A stretch of DNA of 64,000 nt from Phoronis australis (Eukaryota > Animalia > Phoronida). Location: the NCBI GenBank assembly GCA_002633005.1, contig NMRA01000466.1:224633-288632 (forward strand), given 5' to 3'. The position numbers and the translations under genes were made by a program. The notes below the pieces were generated by a model that was not told the DNA's origin, did no database searches, and saw only the letters and a list, made by a program, of their open reading frames with translations. This document shows, piece after piece, positions 25,136 through 64,000 of the stretch; positions within the stretch are counted from its first letter, which is position 1; each line of letters starts with the position of its first letter.

Positions 25136-25799
25136 TACCAATTAGCACTAACATGGTGTAACTAATCCGGGTCAGCGTGAATCAGTAGCGCAGCACAAGA
25201 ACTGAACAGCTGATGGAATTGAGGCTCTTCAAAATCGGGTCCGATGTCAATTACCCATCAGTGAATGATCTAACCGTGTACACGAGTCACTGAACATTTC
25301 ACAAACAGCACACTTACTTCAACTTATACTTGACTGTCCATCGAAATCCTTCTAAAGGGTTCATGAGTTCGAACATTCAGTCTTATCCTCATTGTTTCCC
25401 ACCTGTCGAACGAGTCGCTTAAAGTTACACGGTTTGTTGGTAATGCCGCTTTTTGTACTGGTTAACACGTTATTTTCTGAATCTCGCAGAGCAGGACAAC
25501 TGCGTTTCGCCTTCGGACGTACACTACATAGACCTATTAGTCTCCGCCATTTGTATTTCTGTTGACCTCTAGATCTGTAGCTGCGCATGCCTTGTTGTAA
25601 TGTTCACATCTATTAGAAAATACCGTATTTTTTATTCTTTGTAAACATTTCATTCGTTTATAGTATTTACAACGATTTTTTCAAACATTTTGCACATGTT
25701 GAAAATTAATAACTTTTTGAAGTTCATGTCACTCCAAAAATAACGCCTAAAACGGTGTTAAGAGTTTTTTTATAATATGGACCATAGGCCTTTAATTGC

Positions 25800-26455
25800 A
25801 ATCTATTCACGAAATTTCATAAAAATGCGTCCAGGAACTCCAAAAATACAGAGGAAAACGGGAATATATAAAATTGCCACTTGGGGATACAGTGGTTGTT
25901 GGATCGGTCTGAAAGTCTTCGTTACCTGTTGCCGCCTTCATAAAAATACACTTGCCAAATTTAACAAAGGTCCTGCAGGAGGTTTAGGAGATACAGCCAT
26001 GTACCAAAAAAAGAATTTCCACCAGGATGAGCTACTGTGATAGGAGCCATTCAAAAATCATTGTCAGCTGTCCTTTTCATAACCGCCCTTACGGTGGTTT
26101 GTCCTGCAGACGGGCAGACGATAAAAACTAGACTTAAAACAGTAAAAATGGCCAACAGCTGGCTCAAACTACGTCGAATACACTTGAAAACGTGAAGGGG
26201 GCGTCATCTTTCTAATAGACACCTATTTGTCAAAATTCATGAAAACCTGTTAACACAGAGACAAACGTTCAGAACTAAAATTGCCATCAGGAGGCACACC
26301 GGTTGTCGGATCCGTCCGGCAATCCACTCATGCCGTCCCATCTACGAAAGCAACGTATCTGCAAATTATCATGAACATCGGACGCCGGACGAACTCCGGG
26401 CGGACAGAGATGACGGCTAAATGCGCCCATATACACACCTGAAGGTGCATAAAAC
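25800..26455 (-). mobile_element. Older degenerate copy of the Helentron-type element at 32377-34118
   Basis: Shares AAATTGCCAC subunits, GGTTTAGGAGATACAGCCAT and the terminal GAGATGACGGC..ATGCGCCC...GCATAAAA structure. Confidence 0.65.
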
Positions 26456-28373
26456 AGCTCAATGCTTGAAGGCTTTTTTTAAAAAAATCGTTCCTTTGTG
26501 AACGAACATCTCCCAAAACTTGAAAATGCAGATGAACTTTTTTGATTTGGTAATTTGTCAATGAGTGCGTTTTGCCGTTCGCACACGTGTGCATAGACCG
26601 GTTTGGTATCCATTTCAGCGTGGAATAGCTAGAATTATAGTTAGTCTTATAAAATAATAAATACCTTTTAAGTATGTCCACGCCAATTGAGTTACTCTTT
26701 CATTGAGTGTTACGCACTAGGTAGCTAAATATACACGGCAAGAATTTAAATTAGCAACAGATGTACCATATGAGCAATTTAGAAAGAGCCTGCATCTTTA
26801 TAATAACAATAATTGGCTGGAAGGTTTAGGGACAACTGGAAAAGTTCAATTGACTCATTTCTTGGAGCAAGACAGCATACATCAAGTTTAATATCAGATA
26901 TTAGATGCATGGGGGTCCTTAGATTTTAATTTAGTGTACAATCACGTGAACTATTACCGCTATGTATTAATGAACTCTTGCTTAAATGCCTTTGACTGGT
27001 TTGAGTAGGGGCCCACTGAGCCTTTCCTCTACGGACAAAACCAAACAAATAACGCTCTCGAATTGGCCATTTCGCTGTGTAGGGGGGAGGGGGGACTTTC
27101 TGTAAAAACCATGGCTACAGACTCCCTTCAATCAAGACCCGCTAGTGAATCCCAGGGACCGCACTTCTGTTGTGACCCTTCAAATTATTGTCCTAACAAA
27201 GCAAAAAAGCATGTACCAACTAGATGTACATTTCTAAAATTTTTGGAACACTTATGACCTGCATAACAAGTCACCTGACCCAAGCTCAATCAGCACATTC
27301 TGTTCCTCGAGCAGTTCTTTGGGAAATTTCCTTTGACACCTCAAACTCTACAATTAAGGGTACATGTTTTTCTCGGTCTCCATCCGATTCCAAACTGAGC
27401 TCGATGTTTTCCACAAACTCTGAGAGCAAACGGTGGTAAGCAAGCCCAAACTGGCAAAATATTCAGCTGCCTCTCCGTCTGCAGTGCACGGGACGAGGCC
27501 TGATTTAACATGTTTCAGAAGATCTGTTATCGACTTATTAGATTTTGCTAATGTTTCAACTGCTTGCTTGTTTGGGTATTCCATTGAAGTCCCACTAACC
27601 AGATTAACATAAAGACTCCAGAAAACACTGACTGCGTCATGTTCCTCCGCTGCCGTTTTTTATTAGGTGACATCAGTGGTAACTGCAGGACTTCTTAAGA
27701 AAAAGGTAATTCACAGGAAAACCAAATATTTTTAATTTTATTACATTCTATGTGCTATGAAATGAACCAAATTTTTGAAGAACAATTTTGAGCACTTTAG
27801 ATATCAAGACTGAGGATTTTCACTGATAAGTTGTGCCTGCTGCAAGTGCTCCCTTTGTCTGAGGTAGCTGCAAACATTGGCTCATTGCTGTATGTAGACA
27901 AAACTTCGTCGGTAGTTTTGGGGACAAATGTCGATCATAAAACTATCTATTCTACTCAGACAGGTCAAATTTACAACTAAGTTTCAGAGTATAAAATAAG
28001 GCTTCAGCTGAGATTCGCACGCTAAAATTGGGTACGTTTTCTGTGTTTTTGCTTCTCTGACCCCGTTATCCTCAGAAATTCCAGGCAATATTTCCAATAT
28101 TCGTCTTTTAATCCGTTTTATTTACAAAATGTATTTAGACGACACGCATCTGTTTGCAAATTTTATAATGAACATGCCACAGTTTACTCAGTGGATGGCC
28201 GGACACAGGTTATCGCTGACCGGGGATTAGTAGCTTTCGGTGCGTCGATAGACTGAAGACTGGTTCGAGTTAATCACTTTATTAATTTCCGCCGCAGGTA
28301 CTCAAGTCTACTCAAACTAAACGCACTACGTAATGTGTGTTCTATGCTCCAGCTAGTGCTGCAAAACCTTGAC

Positions 28374-28511
28374 CAGGGGCGGAACCAGGATTTTGAGTTG
28401 GGGGGTAGAGTATCAGCCAGGATTTTACCCATCAGACATTTACATCCCGAATTTCCAAATTTAATCTGGGAGAATTTGGGGGGGGGCATGGCCGCCCTAA
28501 GTCCGCCACTG
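28374..28511. mobile_element. Short hAT-like MITE
   Basis: Ends CAGGGGCGGA...TCCGCCACTG with internal G-runs; no clear 8-bp TSD. Confidence 0.5.
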
Positions 28512-31500
28512 GTGTCGTTTTATTGCGAAATGATAGGCGCTAGCCTGAACTGTGGGCGCTTGATTTGAAATTCTCAAAATGTTGAGGGAAACGCTTAGAA
28601 GAGCAATGAGTGCTTCTTAAGAAACACTTCAAAAGTAGGTAGTAGGTGCATGCGTGAGCATAGTCGTTATAGGTAACCTGAGCGTTTTGCGGCAATAAGA
28701 GATTGAAAGACGGCACTAGTAAGAATTGTTATTGTAATAGGGGTTTTCGAGGCAAACTTCATGTAGTAGTGTTCACTTTCTGGCTATCGTCACCACCTAC
28801 ATTGTACCTTTTTAATCACCCGGAATAATGTTGTTTTTATTTGCCCAGTTCAGCCCGAACTTTTCTTTCTATTGGAGTAGGAAATATTTACGCCGTGGTC
28901 CGGGGAGCAAAAAATTGGCGTGGTGTATGAAGAGAGGAATAAAAAGTTCACTAACCACAATTTCGCATCTACCCCTTTTGTTGCAATAACTGGCTACGGG
29001 CATAGAACATCGAGCCTAGGGAACATCGACACGGTGAAACATCGAAACAGAAAAATATCAGTGCTGGCGTGCGTTCAGTTAGGCTAGGACCTACGCTAGG
29101 ACCTAGCTAAAATCTAGTCAAAGTCAGTTGTTCTAATTTACAATAAAAGGCAACGTCTCACGTAATCTTGCGAAGTCTTGCGTTTTAGCGAGGTCCTAGC
29201 GCTACTGAAAGGGAGGGTGGGTTACATCGTAAATCATCGGGTCCTATATAACCGCCGGGAATCTGTTAGGTTTATTGCCCGAGTGCTTAACAGAGCCAAG
29301 CCGGTATACTCTTTCATTTTGGACTGTCGTTGTTATATTTTGATGTGCAGCTTTGAAGTAGTACGCACTTATGAGTGTAGGCACTGAATCGCCTACATTT
29401 TAAGTTGGCAACAACATGTGTCAGACTACTCATATGCCGCATACGTATCCCCAGCAACAAGTAAATGGTTTGAAAATTTCCTGGTGTCTCAAAAACAACT
29501 TTGCTGAAAGAAGACATGTGGCCATCTTTTGGTGATTAATAAGGCTGTCATTTTCACGTTTACTGTCTTGAGATAAAAAACGAGACGCATATTTCCGCGT
29601 CACGATAGTCTGCCACCGATTTCGCGCGCTAACAATGGGACTGGTCCGATATCAGTGATACTGTCGCGGATATTTGATAATAACGACACACCTTACGTGA
29701 AAAAAAAAGTTTTTCCACCACAAAGTTTGGCAAGTTGATCGTTTAAGAACTAGTAAAATACCACTGTTTTGTGACGTTTTATCATGTGTTATGCCGTGGT
29801 AAGAAAATTTGTTCGGCGCATCTGGAAATTTGCAAAAGTAGCCGAAAATGTTAAGCAATGAAACGCGTCAAAGAACGATTCTGCATTACATCATGTTCAC
29901 ACGATACGCTTACAAGTCATCGGGAGGGCTGCTCTCGGTTAGTGTTTTTTTGAACTTGAATTGGCAACAACCAAATCACGGTCTGCTTCAAACGAGTTGC
30001 TTTGTATTTGTCAGTTATCTGCCAAGAAGTGTAAAAATTCAGTTCGCAAACTTTGGAAATTCCAGGTCGCATTTTGCGACTTGATACGAAATGTCAAAAA
30101 TCTCAGTTCGCGTTTCCAAATTTCAGGTATCAAATGCGACCTGCAGCTCGTTATGTCGAGCCCTGCCTAAACGTAATATGGATAACTGTATACGTGAACT
30201 ACTTAATTGAAACAGATCTGAAGTCATGGTCAAGGTCAACCATGATGTTTGACGACAGACATTAACTTCTTTGAGCCGCAGTAGTTATGTTTCATGAAAA
30301 TTGGCACCTGACGGGCTGGCTGTGAATTTTGAGCTTCGTATTGCGCGAGGAGACAAAGAATGACATTTGCCTGATTTTAAAGTCTGTTTCGATTGCAAAA
30401 GGGCTAACTGACGATCCCTCGCCACACGTTTTGCTCAGTCATGGCTTTTATTAATGCGTAACTACTTGCAAAGGGGAATTAAATTTAGCTGAACATCTGG
30501 ATATCTTTCAGACACTTCGTATTTGTAAAAAACATGGAGCAGGTACATGTAGATACCAACCGTTCATAAATGTTCTATAAGTTAGGATGTAATAACATAG
30601 TCTTAAAGAAGCCTGGGACGCGGTAAACAGACAAAATTGGAAGATTGAAAGGGGGTTTCTGTCACTGAAAAAGAATTCAACCTGCTCACCAGGTATTTTG
30701 GGGTTTGTTTGATTCTTAATTTCTGTTCAGACCAAAGCATTTTCTTTTAGTTTCAAATTTCAAAAAACGATATGTCACCAGCGCCACTTCTTTTTCTTCC
30801 ACAAGACAAGGCACGTCTCTTGGCTTATAGTAAACGTACACGAAAGGTGACTTTGGGCACGCGGTTTTTTAATTGGCGACTGAAACTTGCGGTAGTCGTA
30901 AAGAGAGGAAATTCAATTTTGAATTATTTTTATTAGATATTGTGCAATGTCTTTGACCCAGGTTTCGTGCACCCTGTGGAACAGAGACGTTAACAGTCTG
31001 CAATAGTTTTTAAGCCCGAAGTCATTAAAACTGTCGAGTGCCACTTAAACCATGATATCTCCACCATATCTAGATCCTTTCACTTCACGAAATATGTCTA
31101 ACTAGAAGTTAACTGTAACAAAATATACAGACACGCGCTCTGAGAAAAACAGGTGAATGCCTATAGCTTCATATAGACTATAATTTCGTATAAATTAAGG
31201 ATCAAATAAGGTGACCTACATTTTGAAGCAGCGCACATTATTTAATAACCAATTGAAACATTTATCGTTATGTTAGTAAATGCATATTTTGCGTAGTGGA
31301 CTGCATTTTCTCGGTTACTCTGTTAATGGCCCAATTTACTCATACCTACCAGGAATTAACGTCTTCGATCTGCAACATGAACGGTTTCAGCTAGAACACA
31401 AGTAAATACTCAGTCTCAGTAGTTCAAGGTGGACTTCCCTAGTCAACCACTTTCGTTAACTTGCCCAGAATTGTACGACGAAACTTGGCTTCCCTCAATT

Positions 31501-32200
31501 TAGCAGCGGCGGCGGTGGCTTCGGCGGCGGCGGCGGCAGCGGCAGCGGCAGCAGCAGCAGCAGTAGTTGTAATGCACTTTATTCACGCTAAGACGAAAAA
31601 GTACAATTAATACAAATTAAAGCTTATGGAGACTCCGTGAAGGACCCGAAGGGTCTGCTCACCACGGAGCCACAGTAAAAAAGAGTGCGGGTGACCTGAT
31701 GCCTCTTGCGGTACATCAGACATGTTTAGGCCACAAAGCCGGGCCCATTACACTAATCACCTGATTATGATTCATGGGGACACAACATCATCGTATTCCT
31801 CATGGGTAAAATCTTCTAATCTGCCTGTTTGTTTCAGAGAGACAGAAAGACTATTAAACCTATATGAATTAACATTGTTCACCAGGCGGGTTATGTGACC
31901 ATCAAGCAGTAAATTACGGTGTCTATTGTAGGCAGGGCAGATCTTCCCCAGATGTTGAGGAGTCTCAGCCTCCAAGCCACAGTTGAGACAAAATTAACAT
32001 GCCATGTAGCCTGTGATGTTACGCTGCCGAGCTAGGTTGCAGCGTCCAGCAATAACCTGGATCAGCTGCCTTATACCAAGCCTATCTTAAGATAACAGTT
32101 TCTTTGAACCTTTTGGTTCAATAGGACTTGGAAAAAAGTTTTTAGTTTGTCTGCAAGCAGAGAACTTTCAGTTTGCACACCCATTGTCTTACCTTTACTC
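31501..32200 (-). mobile_element. 5'-truncated non-LTR retrotransposon 3' end (LOA/R1/I-group-like)
   Basis: ACRQTKNFF...SKKLLS*DR..IRQLIQVIAGRCNL...CLNCGLEAETPQHLGKICPAYNRHR...LKQTGRL (C-terminal CCHC), a 3' stem-loop CTCCGTG...CACGGAG (~31633-31669), minus-strand AATAAA (~31580) and a trinucleotide tail. Confidence 0.7.
31502..31571. repeat. (GCG)n/(GCA)n microsatellite, probably the mutated LINE tail
   Basis: GCAGCGGCGGCGG...GCAGCAGCAGTAGTTGTA directly next to the LINE polyadenylation signal. Confidence 0.8.
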
Positions 32201-32376
32201 TGCAGAACCTGTAGGCAACTGGTATGCAAGGTCGGAGCCATAGTAGGCAAACTGTCCAAAATCTTCAACCATGCTCTTCCCACCTCCCAGTAAAAACACA
32301 TTTACCAGTTTTCACAACAATTCTTAAAGTGACCGAGAGAGAGGGATGGAGGCCAAAAGCATACTAAAACATAATA

Positions 32377-34118
32377 AACAAGAGCAACGCGGAGCGTTGA
32401 AATGCGCCCACGAATGCATTGCAAATGGTGTGATTTTAGGGTTATTTATTTGTATCATAAAAATTGCCACTAGATGGCGCAAAAACATACAATCCATCCA
32501 AAAACAGGAACATGCCATATTTCATAAAAATCTGTCGAGGAACTTCTGAGAAACAAAGTAAAACAAAATAAAATGAAATTGCCACTGGTGGGCACAGTGT
32601 CCGTTGGATTCGCCTGAAAGTCGTCGCTGTCTGTTGTTATCTCCACATAAATACACTTACTAAATTTAGTAAAGATCCTGCAGTGGGTTTAGGAGATACA
32701 ACTATGGGCGCAAAACAAAACTACCACTAGGAGGCGGTACAGTAGTCAGTCACCATCGTCAAAGGTCATCTTCACACTGAGAACATTTATGCCAATTTTC
32801 AAATGATTTGGTTGATACAGGGGTGGACACCAAAAACAAGATTTGTAAACAGCAAAAATGGCCACTAGGTGGTGTAAAATACCTCGATTCCATCCCAAAA
32901 CACAAACATAGCGCCATCACACCAATAGATGCCTATATTAAAAATTTTATGAAAATCAGTTTAGGACCTTTGAAGATACTGAGTTAAACGTAAAAAATTA
33001 AAACTGCCACAAGGGGGCACAGCAGTAGTCAGATCTGTCCGAAAGTCGTCGACATCCGTAGGCAACATCATATAAATACACTCACTAAATTAAGTAAAGA
33101 TCCTGCGAACGGTTTAGGACATACAGCCATAGGCGGAACAAAAAACAAAACTGCCTCTATGAGGCACCACAGTAGTCGAAATCGTCGGAATCGTCAACCG
33201 TCCTCTTTATAGTAAGTACATACATGCCAATTTTCACAATCATCCTTTGAGCGGTTTGGTTGATAGAGGGGTGTAGGCAAAAAAACAGACTCGAAAACAG
33301 TAAAAATGGCCACTAGGTGACGCAAACTACATCGAATCCATCCGAAAACGGGAGGAAAGCGTCACCTCACTAATAGGTGCCTACATGTTAAATTTCATGA
33401 AAATCCGTTACGGACTTTTGAAGATACAAAGGTAAACGTAAAAAAATAAAATTGCCACCAGGGGGCACACCGATAATCGGATCTGTCCAAAAGTCGCCGT
33501 CGTCCATTGTTAAACATCATATAAATATACTTACTAAATTTCTTAAAGATCCTGCGAACGGTTTAGGAGATACAGCCATAGGTGCAACAAAAACAAAACT
33601 GCCACTAGGAGGCGCCATAGTAGTCGAAATCGTCGGAAAATCATCGTCAACCGTCGTCTTTATAGCAAGCACATACATGCCAATTTTCACAATCATCCTT
33701 TGAGCGGTTTGGTTGATAGAGGGGTGGACGCAAAAAAACAGACTCGAAAACAGTAAAAATGGCCACTAGGTGGCGCAAACTACGTCGAATCCATCCGAAA
33801 ACGCGTAGATAGCGTCATCTTACTAATGGGTGCCTACATACCAAATGTCATGGAAATCCGTCCAGGACTTTTAAGATACAAAGGTAAGCGTAAAAAACTA
33901 AAATTGTCACCAGGGGGTACACCGGTAGTCGGATCCGTCCGAAAGTTCGCTCATGCCGTCCGATTTATAAATGGAACATATGTGCCAAATTTCATGAACA
34001 TACGTCAAGGCGTTTTGGAGATCGAGCCGCTGACGCCGGACGCCGGACAGACGGACGGACGGACGGACGGAGATGACGGCATAATGCGTCCACATAGAAA
34101 AATGTGGGCGCATAAAAA
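32377..34118 (-). mobile_element. Non-autonomous Helentron-associated element (HINE/DINE-1-like) with internal tandem repeats
   Basis: 5' TTTTTATGCGCCCAC, nearby inverted GTGGACGCAT and a (GTCC)n microsatellite; 3' sub-TIR GTGGGCGCAT, hairpin CAACGC-TCC-GCGTTG and CTTGTT; internal ~145-bp subunits in a ~450-bp higher-order repeat. Confidence 0.8.
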
Positions 34119-35202
34119 GGCCAAAAGCAGGCGTACACCGCTTCAAATCCATCTGAAAACAAAATACTGTCATCGCCTCTTCAATGTAAACCTATGTGCG
34201 AAATTTTATAAAAATCCACCAAGGAACTCTAAGGATACAAAGAAAAACTGAGAAAAATAAAATTGCCACTGGAGAGCACTGGGTCCGTCTTAGCTTCGGA
34301 AATATTTACAGAAAATATCTCAGTAACAAAGACTAGAAGTCATGATGCACGTGCGTTTCTCAATAACTGCACTTTTACTCAAATGAAATCGAGTTACTTA
34401 TCAGAAATAGCTGTGTGGAGCGTAAGACTAAATTTCAGGTTTCATGACATAACCACCAGGGGTCAGTTTGATGGAAAGTGATTGGGGATGTTTTAACTCT
34501 GTTGACATTGTGAATGCTGCCGATGGCTTTTTCTATATTTTAGTATTCCCTGGTTGAAGGAATGTAATGACCCAATTTTTCTAGTTGTTGGAATGAATGA
34601 TGTNCGAGCCGCTGACGCCGCTCGCCAGACAGACGGACGGACGGACGGACGGACGGACGGAGATGACGGCATAATGCGTCCACACAGAAATATGTGGGCG
34701 CATAAAAAGGCCAAAAGCAGGCTTATACCGCTTCAAATCCATCTAAAAACAAAATACTGTCATCGCCTCTTCAATGTAAACCTATTTGCGAAATTTTATA
34801 AAAATCCACCAAGGAACTCTAAGGATACAGAGAAAAACTGAGAAAAATAAAATTGCCACTGGAGAGCACACCGAGAGTTGGGTCCGTCTTAGCTTCGGAA
34901 ATATTTACAGAAAATATCTCAGTAACAAAGACTAGAAATCATGATGCACGTGCGTTTCTCAATAACTGCACTTTTACTCAAATGAAATCGAGTTACTTAT
35001 CAGAAATAGCTGTGTGGAGCGTAAGACTAAATTTCAGGTTTCATGACATAACCACCAGGGGTCAGTTTGATGGAAAGTGATTGGGGATGTTTTAACTCTG
35101 TTGACATTGTGAATGCTGCCGATGGCTTTTTCTATATTTTAGTATTCCCTGGTTGAAGGAATGTAATGACCCAATTTTTCTAGTTGTTGGAATGAATGAT
35201 GT
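34023..35202. repeat. Near-identical ~580-600 bp tandem duplication split by an N (probable assembly artefact)
   Basis: 34023-34603 matches 34605-35202 with a few SNPs and indels; N at 34604. Confidence 0.85.
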
Positions 35203-35569
35203 TGCAATATAAAATACTTACTTTGAGTAATTGAAGGAAACAACAAAAAAGAAATGTCTCCATATTTTCTATTGTGCAAGCGCACATTGACGTTGCGCGT
35301 ACATTAGAGCTCCACGAATTGTGGTACCATATCAAACCACTGAAAAATTGAAGCGAGATTCCAAATCAATCAACCAAGGAGAGAAAACACTACTATAGGG
35401 CATCTTGAATAACGTAAATGTCAGCAAATTTCGTTCACTGTGTGGTGCACGTACGATAACGGTGAGAGTGTTGCAGCATTTCAGCTCATTGTAATAAGAT
35501 CTACTCACCTGTTCCAGTTAGGCCATGTTTAATCAAAATGGCAGGTGACCATAGCATTAACCTCGAACA

Positions 35570-35577
35570 TATAAATA
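35570..35577 (+). promoter_or_regulatory. Candidate TATA box of the VWD gene
   Basis: TATAAATA 78 nt upstream of the signal-peptide ATG. Confidence 0.45.
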
Positions 35578-35647
35578 TGACATTTTCAACCGACTAGACA
35601 GCAGTGCTTCTTTGTCGAGTTGACAAACGTTGCACACAAGCACACTG

Positions 35648-62924
<27,277 letters not shown>

Positions 62925-64000
62925 GTAAGTAATCTAATCATGATAATCTTTTTCGCTTGGAGACAAGTCACCAACACGTGCAAGTGCACTTGAACCGGCA
63001 AAGCGTACGGTGTACGTTTTAAATATTGAAATTAAGCTATGGGAGAAATCACTGTTTTCTAAATGACGGCTGAGACCGAATTTGAGCAACACATTCAGCA
63101 CTGTTGCAGATGACTAGCCCCGGTGAAACACCGTTAACCTTGTAATCTAATAAGTGCTATTCAAATACTCATGTCATTACCACCCCGGTTGTCTCCACCA
63201 AGTCTCACAGCTTCTTAACAATCATTCTTCTCGACAGATAGCGAAGTTTACCGAGATAATATGAGTTTTATCTGCCTCAATATTTGTCACTCTTCAGTGC
63301 AGTCTGACGTATTACCTTTTATCGAATATTATTCATTTTGTCGCGCAGCCCGACAACTAGCGTTCTATACTTAAGAATATTTTCAGAGTTAGTCCATTCT
63401 TCAAGTACAACTGGGAAATTCGTAATTTTGGGAAAATAAAGACTTCCATAACTTGTCTTTCCCTGTGCAACTGACGCTACAAAAATGGGACCTCGTTGCT
63501 ACTCTAAGGATAGGGCGATTGCCGGGGCGGTCTTGAATCATAACCTATGTATGGATCCACAGCGAAAACCGACAACCCACCTCGTCCGGGTTCAAATGAC
63601 TAGTGCATAGAGCAGTCGACTGTAGATTTATAGCTACGGAAGTCCGCTTCAAAAACTCCTTCATAGAAGTTTCTGCCTGGCAAGTGGAGGTACCCCATAC
63701 CGTGATCGCTGGATCTGGGAAATAGCTGAACACTTCACTGGAAGTGGACAGTGCAGTTATCAGGCTCGTTTAAGCAGCCACTGAGGCTGTTGACACTAAG
63801 TCTAAATATTCCCCACATACTAACGGTGGAGAAATTGGTAGTGAAATGATTCAATTGTGCAATAGGGTTGTGTCTTTCGTCTCTGACCACTGAGCCACAC
63901 TGTCTCCTCAAGTGTTCGTTTGTCAAGCTCAGAATCCCTGTTACCCACTCCATATTACACCATCGAGACTCGGTTCATGTACCCTTGATTAGACCAAGTT

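Noticed and set aside
27063-27650. Coding-looking minus-strand segment (MEYPNKQAVETLAK...)
   Set aside because: No identifiable domain, and it is interrupted by frameshifts and stops.
33452-35080. ORFs of 70-141 aa in the Helentron region
   Set aside because: Chance frames across tandem repeats and the (GGAC)n microsatellite; no Rep or helicase motifs.

Overview
Intron-rich, AT-rich animal genomic DNA, probably from a marine bilaterian invertebrate (inferred from gene and TE content only). Right half (35.6-64 kb, + strand): the 5' part of a large secreted vWF/mucin/SCO-spondin/hemolectin-type gene. I traced 24 GT-AG exons whose splice phases all join in frame (~1,229 codons): signal peptide-EGF-D1-D2-D'-D3. 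The gene continues past the window end. Left end (- strand): an SLC38A7-like amino-acid transporter exon (871-1010), probably spliced from a start-codon exon at 14928-15100. Between 1 and 35 kb lies a dense field of decayed mobile elements: a Polinton/Adintovirus-like endogenous virus (PC4-like, packaging ATPase, pX-like, integrase-chromodomain), an internally deleted Kolobok, two more THAP remnants, an Academ remnant, two CMC/EnSpm-like copies, a LINE ORF1, a LOA/R1-type LINE 3' end, and a Helentron-type element carrying a ~145-bp-spaced array of CTCF-like motifs just upstream of the VWD gene. A single N at 34604 separates a probable false haplotype duplication. All family calls come from motif recognition by eye, not database searches.
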